A stretch of DNA of 64,000 bases from Stegostoma tigrinum. Taxonomy: Eukaryota. The stretch covers positions 22,675,015-22,739,014 of the forward strand of contig NC_081388.1 in assembly GCF_030684315.1 (NCBI RefSeq), given 5' to 3'. The position numbers were made by a program, and so were the translations under genes. Shown piece by piece: positions 63,661 to 64,000 of this stretch. Each line of letters starts with the position of its first letter. The first letter of the stretch is position 1. The notes below the pieces were generated by a model. It saw nothing but the letters and a program-made list of their open reading frames with translations. It did no database searches and was not told the DNA's origin.

Positions 63661-64000
63661 ACGATTAGTCCAAAAATCAGAAGTTAGGGGGAGGAATATT
63701 TGTGTAATTTTATGTTAGTTTTGAAATGTGGGTTTGGAGGAGAATGAAAAAGATCTGCACAGAGGAAGTAACAAACTGTTGTAGAGAGAGAGAATAAACA
63801 AAAATCTGTTGAAACCTAGTTGGGAAAATATGGGAAGCCTGGGTACGGCACTTTTAAGAGGAACTGACATGTAAAAGGTGTCATGCTGTGAGATTTCAAG
63901 AAACAGAGTAAGGAAGAGAATATCTATGTCTGGTGGCTTCGAAGTTGGAGAGGCTGGCACAGGTTTGGGAGGTATATAAAGACTGCAATGAGCCAAGAAC

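Overview
Eukaryotic (vertebrate) genomic DNA, almost certainly a shark: the repeat complement is HE1/V-SINE, DeuSINE, CR1/HER1 LINEs and Penelope-like elements, and I suspect a carpet shark but cannot prove it. The window holds (i) the first coding exon of an SLC25A23/SCaMC-type EF-hand mitochondrial carrier on the minus strand (4825-5022, rest of the gene outside the window), (ii) a complete 8-exon CDC37 gene on the plus strand (17637-36719, 377 aa, all GT-AG), and (iii) an orphan CpG/ZNF143/NRF1 promoter near 50.8 kb whose gene I cannot identify. The rest is mostly transposon debris and four tandem arrays, including a ~5.7 kb G/T-skewed satellite abutting the CDC37 promoter. The most interesting signal is a set of Penelope-like element termini carrying minimal hammerhead-ribozyme cores (CTGATGA-stemII-GAAACGTC) in three sequence families. 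Many occur as short TSD-flanked palindromic mini-elements whose two arms share copy-private mutations and whose breakpoints cluster at the 5' edge of the ribozyme. Most ORFs in the supplied track are spurious. All calls are by eye, without database searches.
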